This document shows, piece by piece, positions 37,583-46,738 of a stretch of 64,000 nt of DNA. A program made the translations under genes and the position numbers. The notes below the pieces were generated by a model, which was given only the letters and a program-made list of their open reading frames with translations, ran no database searches and was not told the DNA's origin. Origin of the DNA: Candidatus Poriferihabitaceae bacterium. Its GTDB lineage: Bacteria; Pseudomonadota; Gammaproteobacteria; Arenicellales; Poriferihabitantaceae. Numbering within the stretch: position 1 is the first letter of the stretch; each line of letters opens with the position of its first letter. The stretch spans positions 462,195-526,194 of the forward strand of contig OZ243931.1 of NCBI GenBank assembly GCA_965214055.1. The letters run 5' to 3'.

Positions 37583-38950
37583 TCAGGGGATGTACGGTCC
37601 AAACAGGTAATCCGGAAACCACAGGGCAATTTCAGGAAACATGTACATCAGAAACATGCAGAAGATCACGATGGACAGGTAGGGCATGATGCCCTTGAAT
37701 ATCTGCATCAGCTCGATCTGGTTCTTGAGCACTCCCTTGAGATAGTAGGCCGACATCGCCATGGGCGGGGTCAGGAAAGAGGTCTGCAGATTCAGCGCCA
37801 CCAGCATGGCAAAGAAATAGGGATTGACGCCGAATGTATCCAGCATGGGCAGGAAAATGGGCACAAAAATGATCAGGATTTCTGACCACTCCAGGGGCCA
37901 TCCCAGCAGGAAGATGATGAGCTGGACCATGATCAGGAACTGCCACGGCTTCAGCTCGAGTGCGAGCACCCAGTGTTCGATGACATCATGGCCACCGAGG
38001 TATGAGAATACCGAAGCAAATGTCCAGGAACCCACAAACATCCAGCACACCATGGCGGTGGCTTTTGCGGTAAGAAAAACCGACTCCTTGACCTTGATCC
38101 AGGTCAGGGACCGGTACAGCACAGCCAGCACCAGGCCTCCCAGCGCTCCCATTGCGGCTGCCTCTGCAGGCGTCGCAAGCCCACCCAGAATAGAACCGAG
38201 AACCAGCATGATCAGCACCGTCAGGGGGACAAATGACGTCAGCAACTGGAGATAAACTTCGCTGGGCCGGATACGGTCGTCCATCACCGGCTTGGGGGCA
38301 ATCCCCGGATTGAGCATAACCCGGCCAATCACGTAGACGATATACAGCGATGCCAGCAGGAGTCCCGGAAACACCGCCGCCGCATACAATCGCAGGGGAG
38401 ACAGCTCCGCAATGGCCGCATAGACGATGAGCATGATGGAGGGTGGAATGAGAATTCCAAGGGTGCCCCCGGCACAGATCACCCCGGCACTGAAATCCTT
38501 TCGGTAGTGGGCCTTCGCCATGGCCGGGAACGCCAGCAGTCCCATCAGGGTCACCACGGCTCCGACAATCCCGCTTGCCGTGGAAAATACCGCACACGTG
38601 ATCAGGGCGGCAATGGCCATGGAACCCGGCAGGTTCCTGGCAGCCAGCTGCAGCGATGAGAACAGGCGATTGACGATATTTGCCCGCTCCACCACATACC
38701 CCATGAACAGAAACAGGGGGATCGCCACCAGCGTATCATTCTCCATCACCGAGTAGGTGTTCTGGTTCAGGAGATAGAATATCTGGTTGTTGAAGGCATC
38801 GGCAATGACTTCAATGGACCCGGCCTGATGATAAGCATAATATCCGAAACCCACCCCCATGGCGATCAACGTGAAAGCGATGGGGAAGCCAAGCAGTACC
38901 AGGACGATAAAAAGTCCAAGCATCAAAATGGCAATTTCCGGATTGGTCAT
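37583..38950 (-). CDS. TRAP transporter large permease (DctM family)
   Basis: 455 aa with about 12 TM helices and a typical DctM pattern. It follows the DctQ-like gene. Confidence 0.9.
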   Translation of the reverse strand: MTNPEIAILMLGLFIVLVLLGFPIAFTLIAMGVGFGYYAYHQAGSIEVIADAFNNQIFYLLNQNTYSVMENDTLVAIPLFLFMGYVVERANIVNRLFSSLQLAARNLPGSMAIAALITCAVFSTASGIVGAVVTLMGLLAFPAMAKAHYRKDFSAGVICAGGTLGILIPPSIMLIVYAAIAELSPLRLYAAAVFPGLLLASLYIVYVIGRVMLNPGIAPKPVMDDRIRPSEVYLQLLTSFVPLTVLIMLVLGSILGGLATPAEAAAMGALGGLVLAVLYRSLTWIKVKESVFLTAKATAMVCWMFVGSWTFASVFSYLGGHDVIEHWVLALELKPWQFLIMVQLIIFLLGWPLEWSEILIIFVPIFLPMLDTFGVNPYFFAMLVALNLQTSFLTPPMAMSAYYLKGVLKNQIELMQIFKGIMPYLSIVIFCMFLMYMFPEIALWFPDYLFGPYIP

Positions 38951-39001
38951 CGTTCGGAAAGTTCAGGGTATGAAGGAGACAGGGAGGCGGAAATCGGCGG
39001 G

Positions 39002-39580
39002 CTAGCTCCGGAGGGAATCCGTGGTCGTTCCTGCCATAAGGGCCTGTTCGGTCTCTTTCACGTCCTCCAGTCTCTCCATCCACTGGCCGGACCGCATTGC
39101 CAGCCAGGACCGCAGAAGTTCCGCGATTCCCTGGATGATCAGCAATGCCCCCGCAAAGGGGATCAATGTCTTGAAGAAATACACCTGGATTCGTGCCGGG
39201 CTGTTCCAGCTCACTTCCTTGTAACGCCAGGAATCCGCTGCAATTTCAGCGCCAAACCAGAACAATGCCAGCATTCCGGGGAAAAAGAAGAGCAGATAAA
39301 GAACAAAATCGATGGATGCCTGCACCCTGACCGGAAACAGGCGATACAGGACATCCCCCCGGACATGGGTGTCCTGGGCCAATGCGTAGGGACCCGCCAT
39401 CAGAAACAGGCCGCCGTACATCTGCACCATCATGTCGAAAGCCCAGACCGTAGGAGCGTTCAGCACATATCGGACAAACACCTCATAGGAAACAGAGAAA
39501 GTCAGGATCAGGATACACCAGCCAAAAGCCCGTCCCACCCAGATACTCAGGCTTTCGATGATATATATGAGCTTGGTCAA
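39002..39580 (-). CDS. TRAP transporter small permease (DctQ family)
   Basis: 192 aa with 4 TM helices, lying between the DctP- and DctM-like genes. Confidence 0.85.
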   Translation of the reverse strand: MTKLIYIIESLSIWVGRAFGWCILILTFSVSYEVFVRYVLNAPTVWAFDMMVQMYGGLFLMAGPYALAQDTHVRGDVLYRLFPVRVQASIDFVLYLLFFFPGMLALFWFGAEIAADSWRYKEVSWNSPARIQVYFFKTLIPFAGALLIIQGIAELLRSWLAMRSGQWMERLEDVKETEQALMAGTTTDSLRS

Positions 39581-39671
39581 AGTGACTTTCCCTGGTTGCC
39601 GGAAAAAACAAAGCGGGGGCCGAAACGGCCCCCTTACGCAACAAATTGTAAACGACTACCCGATGACGGAA

Positions 39672-40808
39672 TCAGCCAAAATGATGGCTGTACGCCAACT
39701 TGTAATCGGGCTGGTTCAAATTCAGATAGTTCATGACGGTTTTCGCATAGGCTTTCTGGGACTCAATGACCTTGGCAAAGAACTCGTCTCCTTCAGACAT
39801 GCGGTTAACGACGGTATCCCAGGCCTTGAGTTGCTCCGCCATGACCGAATCCGGGGTACGGTAAACGTTGACGCCCTGCTCAGTGGCCAGGGTCACCAGG
39901 TCATCCGCATACCGCTGGGTGTTGTGCCAATAGAAATTGGAGTTTTCGGCTTCGGAGGCATATTTCAGGATCGCTTTCAGTTCATCAGAAAGCCCATCGT
40001 ATTTCTCCTTGTTGAAGGTTACCTCAAAGAATTCCTGGGACTGATGGAAACTGGCAAGATGATAATGTTTGGAGACATCCTGCATACCGAAATCGCGGTC
40101 CGAGGTGGGATTGTTGAATTCCGCCGCATCAATCAGGCCGGATTTCATGGCTGGCTGGATTTCACCCCCGGGAAGCTGTACCACGGACATGCCCATTTCA
40201 AGCAGGACATCTGCAGCCAGCCCAACGGTACGATACTTCAGCCCCACCATCTGGCTGGCATCCTTGATCTCCTCTTTGAACCAGCCCAGTGGCTGGGCGG
40301 GCATTGGGCTGTTGAAGAAACTGACCAGATTCAGGCCAAGCTTTCCCATCAATTCATCAAACAGTTCCTGTCCACCGCCATAGTGCACCCATCCGAGCAC
40401 TTCCTGGCTCGACCAGCCGAAACATGGCCCGGTACCAAACAGCGACGCCACCGGCGACTTGGAATACCAGTACGCCGGAACGTAATGGGCTGCGTCCAGA
40501 ACGCCTCGATGGACCGCATCCTGCATCTGGCTGGTTTTGACCACCGAGTTCACGGGTAGCAATTCGATCTGCAGTGCATCCCCGGCCATGGCATTGACCC
40601 GGTCCACATAGGATTTGGCGTTTTCAAGAAAAATACCACCTCCCCAGGCTGCCTGCATTTTCAGGGTAACGGGTTCGGCTTTGACGATTGATGGCGCGAC
40701 CAGGGCGCCCGCTGCAGTCGCGGTTGCAGCCACTGCGGATCCTTTTAAAAACTTACGCCTGGAGTTTGTTTCTGACATTGGGATTCTCCTGTACTTGTTT
40801 GTCGACAA
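39672..40808 (-). CDS. TRAP transporter substrate-binding protein (DctP family) with Tat-type signal
   Basis: The signal peptide is RRKFLKGSAVAATATAAGALVAPSIVKA. A periplasmic SBP fold pattern follows, and it is the first gene of the TRAP operon. Confidence 0.9.
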   Translation of the reverse strand: MSTNKYRRIPMSETNSRRKFLKGSAVAATATAAGALVAPSIVKAEPVTLKMQAAWGGGIFLENAKSYVDRVNAMAGDALQIELLPVNSVVKTSQMQDAVHRGVLDAAHYVPAYWYSKSPVASLFGTGPCFGWSSQEVLGWVHYGGGQELFDELMGKLGLNLVSFFNSPMPAQPLGWFKEEIKDASQMVGLKYRTVGLAADVLLEMGMSVVQLPGGEIQPAMKSGLIDAAEFNNPTSDRDFGMQDVSKHYHLASFHQSQEFFEVTFNKEKYDGLSDELKAILKYASEAENSNFYWHNTQRYADDLVTLATEQGVNVYRTPDSVMAEQLKAWDTVVNRMSEGDEFFAKVIESQKAYAKTVMNYLNLNQPDYKLAYSHHFG

Positions 40809-41380
40809 CTAAAATTAAATGGCAGGATAACATGGAGTTTCCTGCAATAAGGATTATTGATTGAAACAATAATGAGTGGATAATACTGTATGCCAACGTG
40901 ACGGGCAACCAACGCGAACAGAAAGGGGCTGTTTTGGGTTGGCAAGATCGTATCGCGATCAATGGATTTGTTCCAGACTGAACTTCACCGACCAATTCGA
41001 GTGAGATCCGTTTTCCCCCAATGGATTGGGACGGATCCAGGGCGTACGGAAATGCGAAGCTTGGGACCGGGGTTGGGATTGACATGGAGCAGTTCAAAGG
41101 CCCGCCGCTGTAACGGCGTGGTCTCGGCAACCAGGGTCAACGGCCGGTTCGGGTGGGTGGGCATCACCACCTCGTTCAGGCTCATTGCGGGATTGGAAAA
41201 TACTGATTCCCATCCAGGGCGTTTCCCTGGCCGTGATCCAGCATCGAAAGGCGGGTTGTTTCCATCCACCATACGGTGGCAGTACAAGGACAGGATGGCA
41301 AATCATACCCCTATCGAGATATCGGGAATGCGGGAGGAGAATGCTAGAATTTTCCATATTAATACGGCAGGGAATTTTCC

Positions 41381-41584
41381 ATGGGTGAAAAACAAAAACT
41401 GATTGCTGAACTGCTGGAAATGCAGCGCAGGTTTATCGAACACGAGCGCAGGCATGGACTGGACCAGGAAGGATACTGGATCGGGGACCAGGACCATCCC
41501 CTGTACAATTATCAGGCAGTCTACACGGAAAAAGCCAATCGCCTGGTGGAACTGGCCCATGAAGACAAGGGTTCCCGCCGCTAA
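41381..41584 (+). CDS. Hypothetical small protein (67 aa, charged/helical)
   Basis: The ORF has protein-like composition. No family is recognised and no SD is present. Confidence 0.4.
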   Translation: MGEKQKLIAELLEMQRRFIEHERRHGLDQEGYWIGDQDHPLYNYQAVYTEKANRLVELAHEDKGSRR

Positions 41585-41637
41585 CCCCGACCCAACGGAA
41601 TCCGGTCCCTGAAATCCGGAAATCCTGATTTTCCGGG

Positions 41638-42216
41638 ATGCGTATTCGCAACAAATGGCGGACGGACCGACCACGGTCCGTGGAAGACCAGGCCTCGGCA
41701 GTGGCCTATATCATCTGGCAAATCGGACTGGCCTATTGCAAAAACCTGCACCAGGAGGAATTTGAGTATGACTCCGACGAACAGCGGGTGGGGGTCATCC
41801 GGGAGTACCTGATTTACCTTTGCCATGCCACAGACCGGCTGGCCTATGACCGACTTGGTGAAAACCAGCGCCTGGAAATTCTGCCCCCCCTGGTTCATCA
41901 GGTTGCCCGCCACTACCAGAGGAATACCGAAGAGGTGCTCGGACCGGGCAATTACCGGACAGATTTTATCGCTCTCGCGAACCGGCGATTTGCGAGCTAT
42001 TCAACCGGAGCGTTCGAGGAGGAGTTGCCTGGCTACTCGGCCCGGCGGTTGCTGGGAAACACCATCCAGGAAATAATGGGAATGTCCCAGCAAAACAAAT
42101 GGGTCGTGCAGCAGGTGATTGACATCGATGCACCGGAAGCGGCTGAACTCCTGTTGAAAAGTGTCCAGAAATTACTGGTTCCGATGGAACAGACGGTCAG
42201 CCCAAAGACTTCATAA
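41638..42216 (+). CDS. Hypothetical protein (192 aa)
   Basis: The ORF has protein-like composition and no family is recognised. The start is uncertain because a hairpin abuts the ATG and there is no SD. Confidence 0.5.
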   Translation: MRIRNKWRTDRPRSVEDQASAVAYIIWQIGLAYCKNLHQEEFEYDSDEQRVGVIREYLIYLCHATDRLAYDRLGENQRLEILPPLVHQVARHYQRNTEEVLGPGNYRTDFIALANRRFASYSTGAFEEELPGYSARRLLGNTIQEIMGMSQQNKWVVQQVIDIDAPEAAELLLKSVQKLLVPMEQTVSPKTS

Positions 42217-42378
42217 TCCCAGGGGACCTCTCTTTTCCATCATGCAGAAGACCCGCCATGCCCCCAATTCCACCGCTTCGTCATTGAAAACACCCTCTTT
42301 CGAAAATCCGCCGCCGGGGCGCATAACCAGCACTTCGCAACGATTACCGGCAACGACGGATTAAAGATTCCGGGTTGG

Positions 42379-42582
42379 TCAGGCCTTGCCCGCACCGCCT
42401 GCCTGGAACTTCGGAGCATTGGCCGTGTTCTGGTTGCCGCCGTCCTCATACCCCGCCTGGTAGGCTTCCGTCAAACGCTGTTCTTCCCGCAACGGGTTGC
42501 CGAGGTAGCCGCCAATCCAGCCCTGGATGTACTCACGGTCTGCGCCCATTTTTTCCAGTTGATCAATCGTTTCGTAATACAT
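42379..42582 (-). CDS. Hypothetical small protein (67 aa)
   Basis: The ORF is divergent from the DsrC-like gene. No family is recognised. Confidence 0.4.
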   Translation of the reverse strand: MYYETIDQLEKMGADREYIQGWIGGYLGNPLREEQRLTEAYQAGYEDGGNQNTANAPKFQAGGAGKA

Positions 42583-42839
42583 GGTAAATAAGGGAATTCT
42601 CCGTATAAATGATTTGTACTTTCCCGTTCAGGTTGTACCTGATTGATGCAGGATACACAACATTTATCCGGTATGCTTGTGGAGATATGCATACCGGGAT
42701 ATGGGCATTGCCGACACCCCCGCATTATTCTACCGCAACCGGTCCAAACCCAGAAAATGCACTGGCTCAGGTCGGGATGACAATGTGGTATTCTTATCCT
42801 TTGCCCTCAACCCTGCTGGAAATATACAAGGAAAATCAC

Positions 42840-43169
42840 ATGAATATTGCGGATGACCCATTTCCCAATGCCCCGTTGGACTGGTCGCTTGAGGCGGCAA
42901 AAAGCATTGCACACAGTGAAGGGATTGAACTGGTGGAAGATCACCTGGAAATTATCCAGGCCATCCAGCTTTATGTCGCGAACCACGATCATCATGATAT
43001 CAATGTCAGGGAGCTTCTGGATGCCCTGGACGAAAAGTTTCATCACAAGGGGGGGATGAAATACCTTTACCGGCTCCTCCCCGGCGGGCCCGTTGCCCAG
43101 GGGTGCCGATTTGCAGGCATCCAGCCCCCTGCCGGGTCCGTGGACTACGGCTTCGGCAGTGTGCAGTAA
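42840..43169 (+). CDS. DsrC/TusE-family protein, atypical (internal Cys retained, penultimate Cys absent, C-terminal extension)
   Basis: LDWSLEAAKSIAHSEGIELVEDHLEIIQAIQLY...KYLYRLLPGGPVAQGCRFAGIQPPAGSVDYGFGSVQ aligns with the DsrC/TusE C-terminal region. The ATG at 42840 (MNIADDPF) was chosen over the long ORF-track start. Confidence 0.8.
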   Translation: MNIADDPFPNAPLDWSLEAAKSIAHSEGIELVEDHLEIIQAIQLYVANHDHHDINVRELLDALDEKFHHKGGMKYLYRLLPGGPVAQGCRFAGIQPPAGSVDYGFGSVQ

Positions 43170-43194
43170 CCTCCTCTCACCCCTGGATTGAGCA

Positions 43195-46100
43195 TTGACT
43201 TTTCCAATCAAACGGTTGCTGGTTGTCAATCGGGGGGAAATTGCGATCCGGGTATTCCGCAGTGCCCGGGAACTGGGGATTACTCCCGTGGCGATTTACA
43301 GTTTCGAGGACCGCTATGCATTGCATCGATTCCAGGCGGATGAAGCCTACCAGGTGGGGGAAGCGGGAGAACCCATCAAGAATTACCTGAGCATCGACAA
43401 GATTATCCGCCTCGCGAAAGAAAAGGAGATCGATGCCATTCATCCCGGTTATGGGTTTCTGGCCGAAAACCCGGACTTTGCCAACCACTGTCGCCGGGAA
43501 GGCATTATTTTTATTGGGCCGTCCACGGACACCCTGAAAGCGCTGGGAGACAAAACCTCTGCACGGGCGATCGCCGAAGGGGTCGGCATCCCCGTTCTGG
43601 GTGGCGCCAATCGCGCCATCCGAAACCTGGAAGATGGCCAGGCCCTGGCGGCTGAAACCGGGTACCCCATCATGCTCAAAGCCGCCCACGGCGGCGGCGG
43701 CAGGGGAATGCGGATGGTCAGGGACCCCTCCTCCTTTGAAGCGGCCTTTCACGCCGCCCAGCGTGAATCCCTCTCTGCGTTCGGCAGCACCGATGTTTTT
43801 ATTGAAAAACTGATCACCAATGCCCGGCATATCGAAGTCCAGATACTGGGGGACCAGCACGGAAACCTGATTCATCTGTATGAAAGGGACTGTTCCGTTC
43901 AGCGGCGCTACCAGAAAGTAGTGGAAATTGCCCCGGCGCCGACCCTTGATCCGGGGCTTCGGACGGAAATCTGTGAGGCGGCGTGCAGGGTGGCCCGGTC
44001 CGCCGACTACCAGAATGCCGGAACGGTGGAGTTCCTCCTCGACGAAGACACCAACCGGTTTTACTTCATCGAGGTCAATCCAAGAATCCAGGTAGAACAC
44101 ACTGTCACCGAAGAAGTGACCGGCATTGACATCGTCCGGTCACAAATCCTGGTTGCACAGGGATATCCGCTTGGCAGCTATGAAATCGACCTGCCCGGCC
44201 AGGAGGTCGTCAAGACCCATGGATCTGCCATACAGTGCAGGATTACCACCGAAGACCCCACCAACAATTTCATGCCGGACTATGGACGGCTGACACAATA
44301 CCGGTCCTCCAGTGGTTTCGGGATCCGGCTGGACGCGGGGAGCGCCTTTGCCGGCGCCATCGTCGTGCCGTACTTTGACTCCCTTCTTGTCAAGGTCACG
44401 GCAAGAGCCAGAACCTTTGATGCCGCCATCAAGCGAATGGACCGCGCACTCAATGAGTTTCGGGTAAGAGGGGTCCTGACCAATATTCCGTTTCTCTTGC
44501 GATTGATTGATCATCCGACATTCCAGGATGGTCGGTGTACCACCGGGTTTATCGACAACACCCCCAGCCTGCTAGATTTCAAGGTGTCTCCGAGCCGCAC
44601 CTCCAGGCTGCTTTCGTATCTTTCCAATACCATTGTGAACGGGAATGACGAGGTGAAGGACCGCCCCGTTGCAACCAGGCGGTCCCCGGTGGCGATTCCG
44701 AAATCCAATTCCCTGGAAATCCCCCGGGGGACCCGGGACATTTTTCTCGATGAGGGGGCAGAGGGATTGCAACAGTGGATCCACCGTCAGACAAAACTGC
44801 TGATTACGGATACGACCTTTCGCGATGCCCATCAATCGCTGTTCGCAACCCGGTTGCGGACCATCGACATGCTCAACATCGCCCAAAGCTACTCCAGGCT
44901 GGCGCCCGACCTGTTTTCGCTGGAAATGTGGGGCGGGGCCACCTTCGACACTTCCATGCGTTTTCTTAAGGAAGACCCCTGGAAACGGCTGAACGAGATG
45001 CGGGAACTGGTTCCAAATATCCTGTTTCAGATGCTCTTGAGATCCTCCAGCGTGGTGGGGTATATCAATTACCCGGACAATGTTGTCCGGGAATTTATCC
45101 GGGAGTCGGTAAATGCCGGGATGGACATCTTCAGGGTGTTTGATGCCCTGAACTGGATACCGAATATGGCCGTGGCCATGGACAGCGTACTCAAATACGG
45201 GGGCATCTGTGAAGCAACCATTTGCTACAGCGGCGATATCCTGGATCCCGGCCGCAAGAAATATACCCTGGAATACTACCTGGACAAGGCCCGAACACTC
45301 GAGGACATGGGCGCACACATTCTGTGCATCAAGGACATGGCGGGATTGTTGAAGCCCGATGCCGCAACGCTGCTGGTCCAGTCGATGAAGCAGGAGGTGA
45401 ATATTCCGATTCATTTCCACACCCACGATACGTCCGGATTGCAGGCAGCTTCCATTTTCAATGCTGCCGAGGCGGGTCTCGACATTGCCGATGCGGCCAT
45501 GGCACCCCTGTCCGGGGGCACCTCGCAACCCAACCTGAACACGGTGGTGGCCGCCTTGCAGTTCAACCCCCGGGCAACCCGGCTGGATACCGGAAACCTG
45601 GACCGGCTTGCAGACTACTGGCGCTCGGTACGGGAGTATTACGTACCGTTTGAGTGCGAGACACTGCCGGCTTCTGCGGACCTTTACCAGCATGAGATGC
45701 CCGGAGGACAGTACACCAACCTGTATGAACAGGCCCGGGGACTGGGCCTGGCGGACCGCTGGGTGGAAATCTGCGAAACCTATGCGTCGGTGAACCAGTT
45801 GTTTGGCGACATCATCAAGGTCACTCCCACCTCCAAGGTAGTGGGAGACATGGCGCTGTTCATGGTTTCCAATAATCTGACCGCAGACCAGGTGCGTGAC
45901 GGGGACCGGGAGCTGGCCTTCCCCCAGTCCGTGGTTGACCTGATGAGCGGCCGCATGGGAAAACCCCATCAGGGCTTTCCCAGACGCATCCAGGACCGGA
46001 TCCTCAGAGGGGAAAAACCACTGTCCAAACGGCCCGGGGAAACCCTGCCCCCGGCGGATTTTTCTGAAACAAAAGGCACGCTGAAGGAAAAAGGACTGGA

Positions 46101-46638
46101 ACACCCTGAAACCACGGATATTCTTTCCTGGATTCTTTATCCCGGCGTTTTCGAGGACCTCCTGGCACATCAGATGGAATACGACGACACCAGCCACCTG
46201 CCGACTCCGGTTTATTTCTATGGCCTGAAGCCCGGTGAGGAAATCACCGTGGACGATGAATTTGGCCAGGCATTGATCATCAAGTTCCAGACGGTGAGCG
46301 ACCCTCATCAGGATGGCAGGCGGACCGCGTTTTTCGAGGTAAACGGACAACCCAGGGAAGTGCTGGTCAGCGACCTGAGCCTGGTTTCCAGCACCGTGTC
46401 CCACCGCAAGGCAGATCCATCGAACAACCGTCATATGCCGGCCCCCATGCCGGGGATGATTGTAAGCGTCGTGGTCTCTCCCGGGGACATCGTCAAGAAG
46501 GGGCAGGCTGCCATGACCCTGGAAGCCATGAAAATGGAGTCTACCCTGTATTTCGAAAAGGCCGGCAAGGTTTCCGAACTCCTCGTTACCCCGGGGATAC
46601 AGGTGGAGTCCGGGGACCTCCTGGCCATCCTTGAATAA
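43195..46638 (+). CDS. pyc: Pyruvate carboxylase (single-chain: biotin carboxylase + carboxyltransferase + biotinyl domains)
   Basis: 1147 aa. It has the N-terminal BC domain (KRLLVVNRGEIAIRVFR), a central TIM-barrel CT domain (FRDAHQS) and the C-terminal biotinylation motif EAMKME. The start codon is TTG. Confidence 0.95.
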   Translation: MTFPIKRLLVVNRGEIAIRVFRSARELGITPVAIYSFEDRYALHRFQADEAYQVGEAGEPIKNYLSIDKIIRLAKEKEIDAIHPGYGFLAENPDFANHCRREGIIFIGPSTDTLKALGDKTSARAIAEGVGIPVLGGANRAIRNLEDGQALAAETGYPIMLKAAHGGGGRGMRMVRDPSSFEAAFHAAQRESLSAFGSTDVFIEKLITNARHIEVQILGDQHGNLIHLYERDCSVQRRYQKVVEIAPAPTLDPGLRTEICEAACRVARSADYQNAGTVEFLLDEDTNRFYFIEVNPRIQVEHTVTEEVTGIDIVRSQILVAQGYPLGSYEIDLPGQEVVKTHGSAIQCRITTEDPTNNFMPDYGRLTQYRSSSGFGIRLDAGSAFAGAIVVPYFDSLLVKVTARARTFDAAIKRMDRALNEFRVRGVLTNIPFLLRLIDHPTFQDGRCTTGFIDNTPSLLDFKVSPSRTSRLLSYLSNTIVNGNDEVKDRPVATRRSPVAIPKSNSLEIPRGTRDIFLDEGAEGLQQWIHRQTKLLITDTTFRDAHQSLFATRLRTIDMLNIAQSYSRLAPDLFSLEMWGGATFDTSMRFLKEDPWKRLNEMRELVPNILFQMLLRSSSVVGYINYPDNVVREFIRESVNAGMDIFRVFDALNWIPNMAVAMDSVLKYGGICEATICYSGDILDPGRKKYTLEYYLDKARTLEDMGAHILCIKDMAGLLKPDAATLLVQSMKQEVNIPIHFHTHDTSGLQAASIFNAAEAGLDIADAAMAPLSGGTSQPNLNTVVAALQFNPRATRLDTGNLDRLADYWRSVREYYVPFECETLPASADLYQHEMPGGQYTNLYEQARGLGLADRWVEICETYASVNQLFGDIIKVTPTSKVVGDMALFMVSNNLTADQVRDGDRELAFPQSVVDLMSGRMGKPHQGFPRRIQDRILRGEKPLSKRPGETLPPADFSETKGTLKEKGLEHPETTDILSWILYPGVFEDLLAHQMEYDDTSHLPTPVYFYGLKPGEEITVDDEFGQALIIKFQTVSDPHQDGRRTAFFEVNGQPREVLVSDLSLVSSTVSHRKADPSNNRHMPAPMPGMIVSVVVSPGDIVKKGQAAMTLEAMKMESTLYFEKAGKVSELLVTPGIQVESGDLLAILE

Positions 46639-46738
46639 CCTGTCCAAATCCGTCCGAATGGCCTGGTCCTGAAATCCGGGACAACCCGGCCTCCCAACAT
46701 TATTTCTGACCCGCTAATCGACTTACGAAGAACTCACC

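Noticed and set aside
42609-42839. The long ORF-track version of the DsrC-like gene (186 aa, starting at 42609)
   Set aside because: The first 77 codons have no similarity to the DsrC/TusE family and cover a divergent promoter region containing a 9-bp inverted repeat (42668-42676 / 42689-42697). The family-conserved part begins at the ATG at 42840.
44572-46647. A 691-aa minus-strand ORF antisense to pyruvate carboxylase. Similar long antisense ORFs occur at 16452-18086, 50681-52963, 46751-48061, 30793-32445, 43177-44100, 36236-37279, 38828-39736, 39558-40559, 25902-27035, 23375-24388 and 21107-22048.
   Set aside because: Each one overlaps a confidently identified gene on the opposite strand. 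Each has a His/Arg/Gly/Pro-rich, motif-free translation, so they are GC-driven shadow ORFs.
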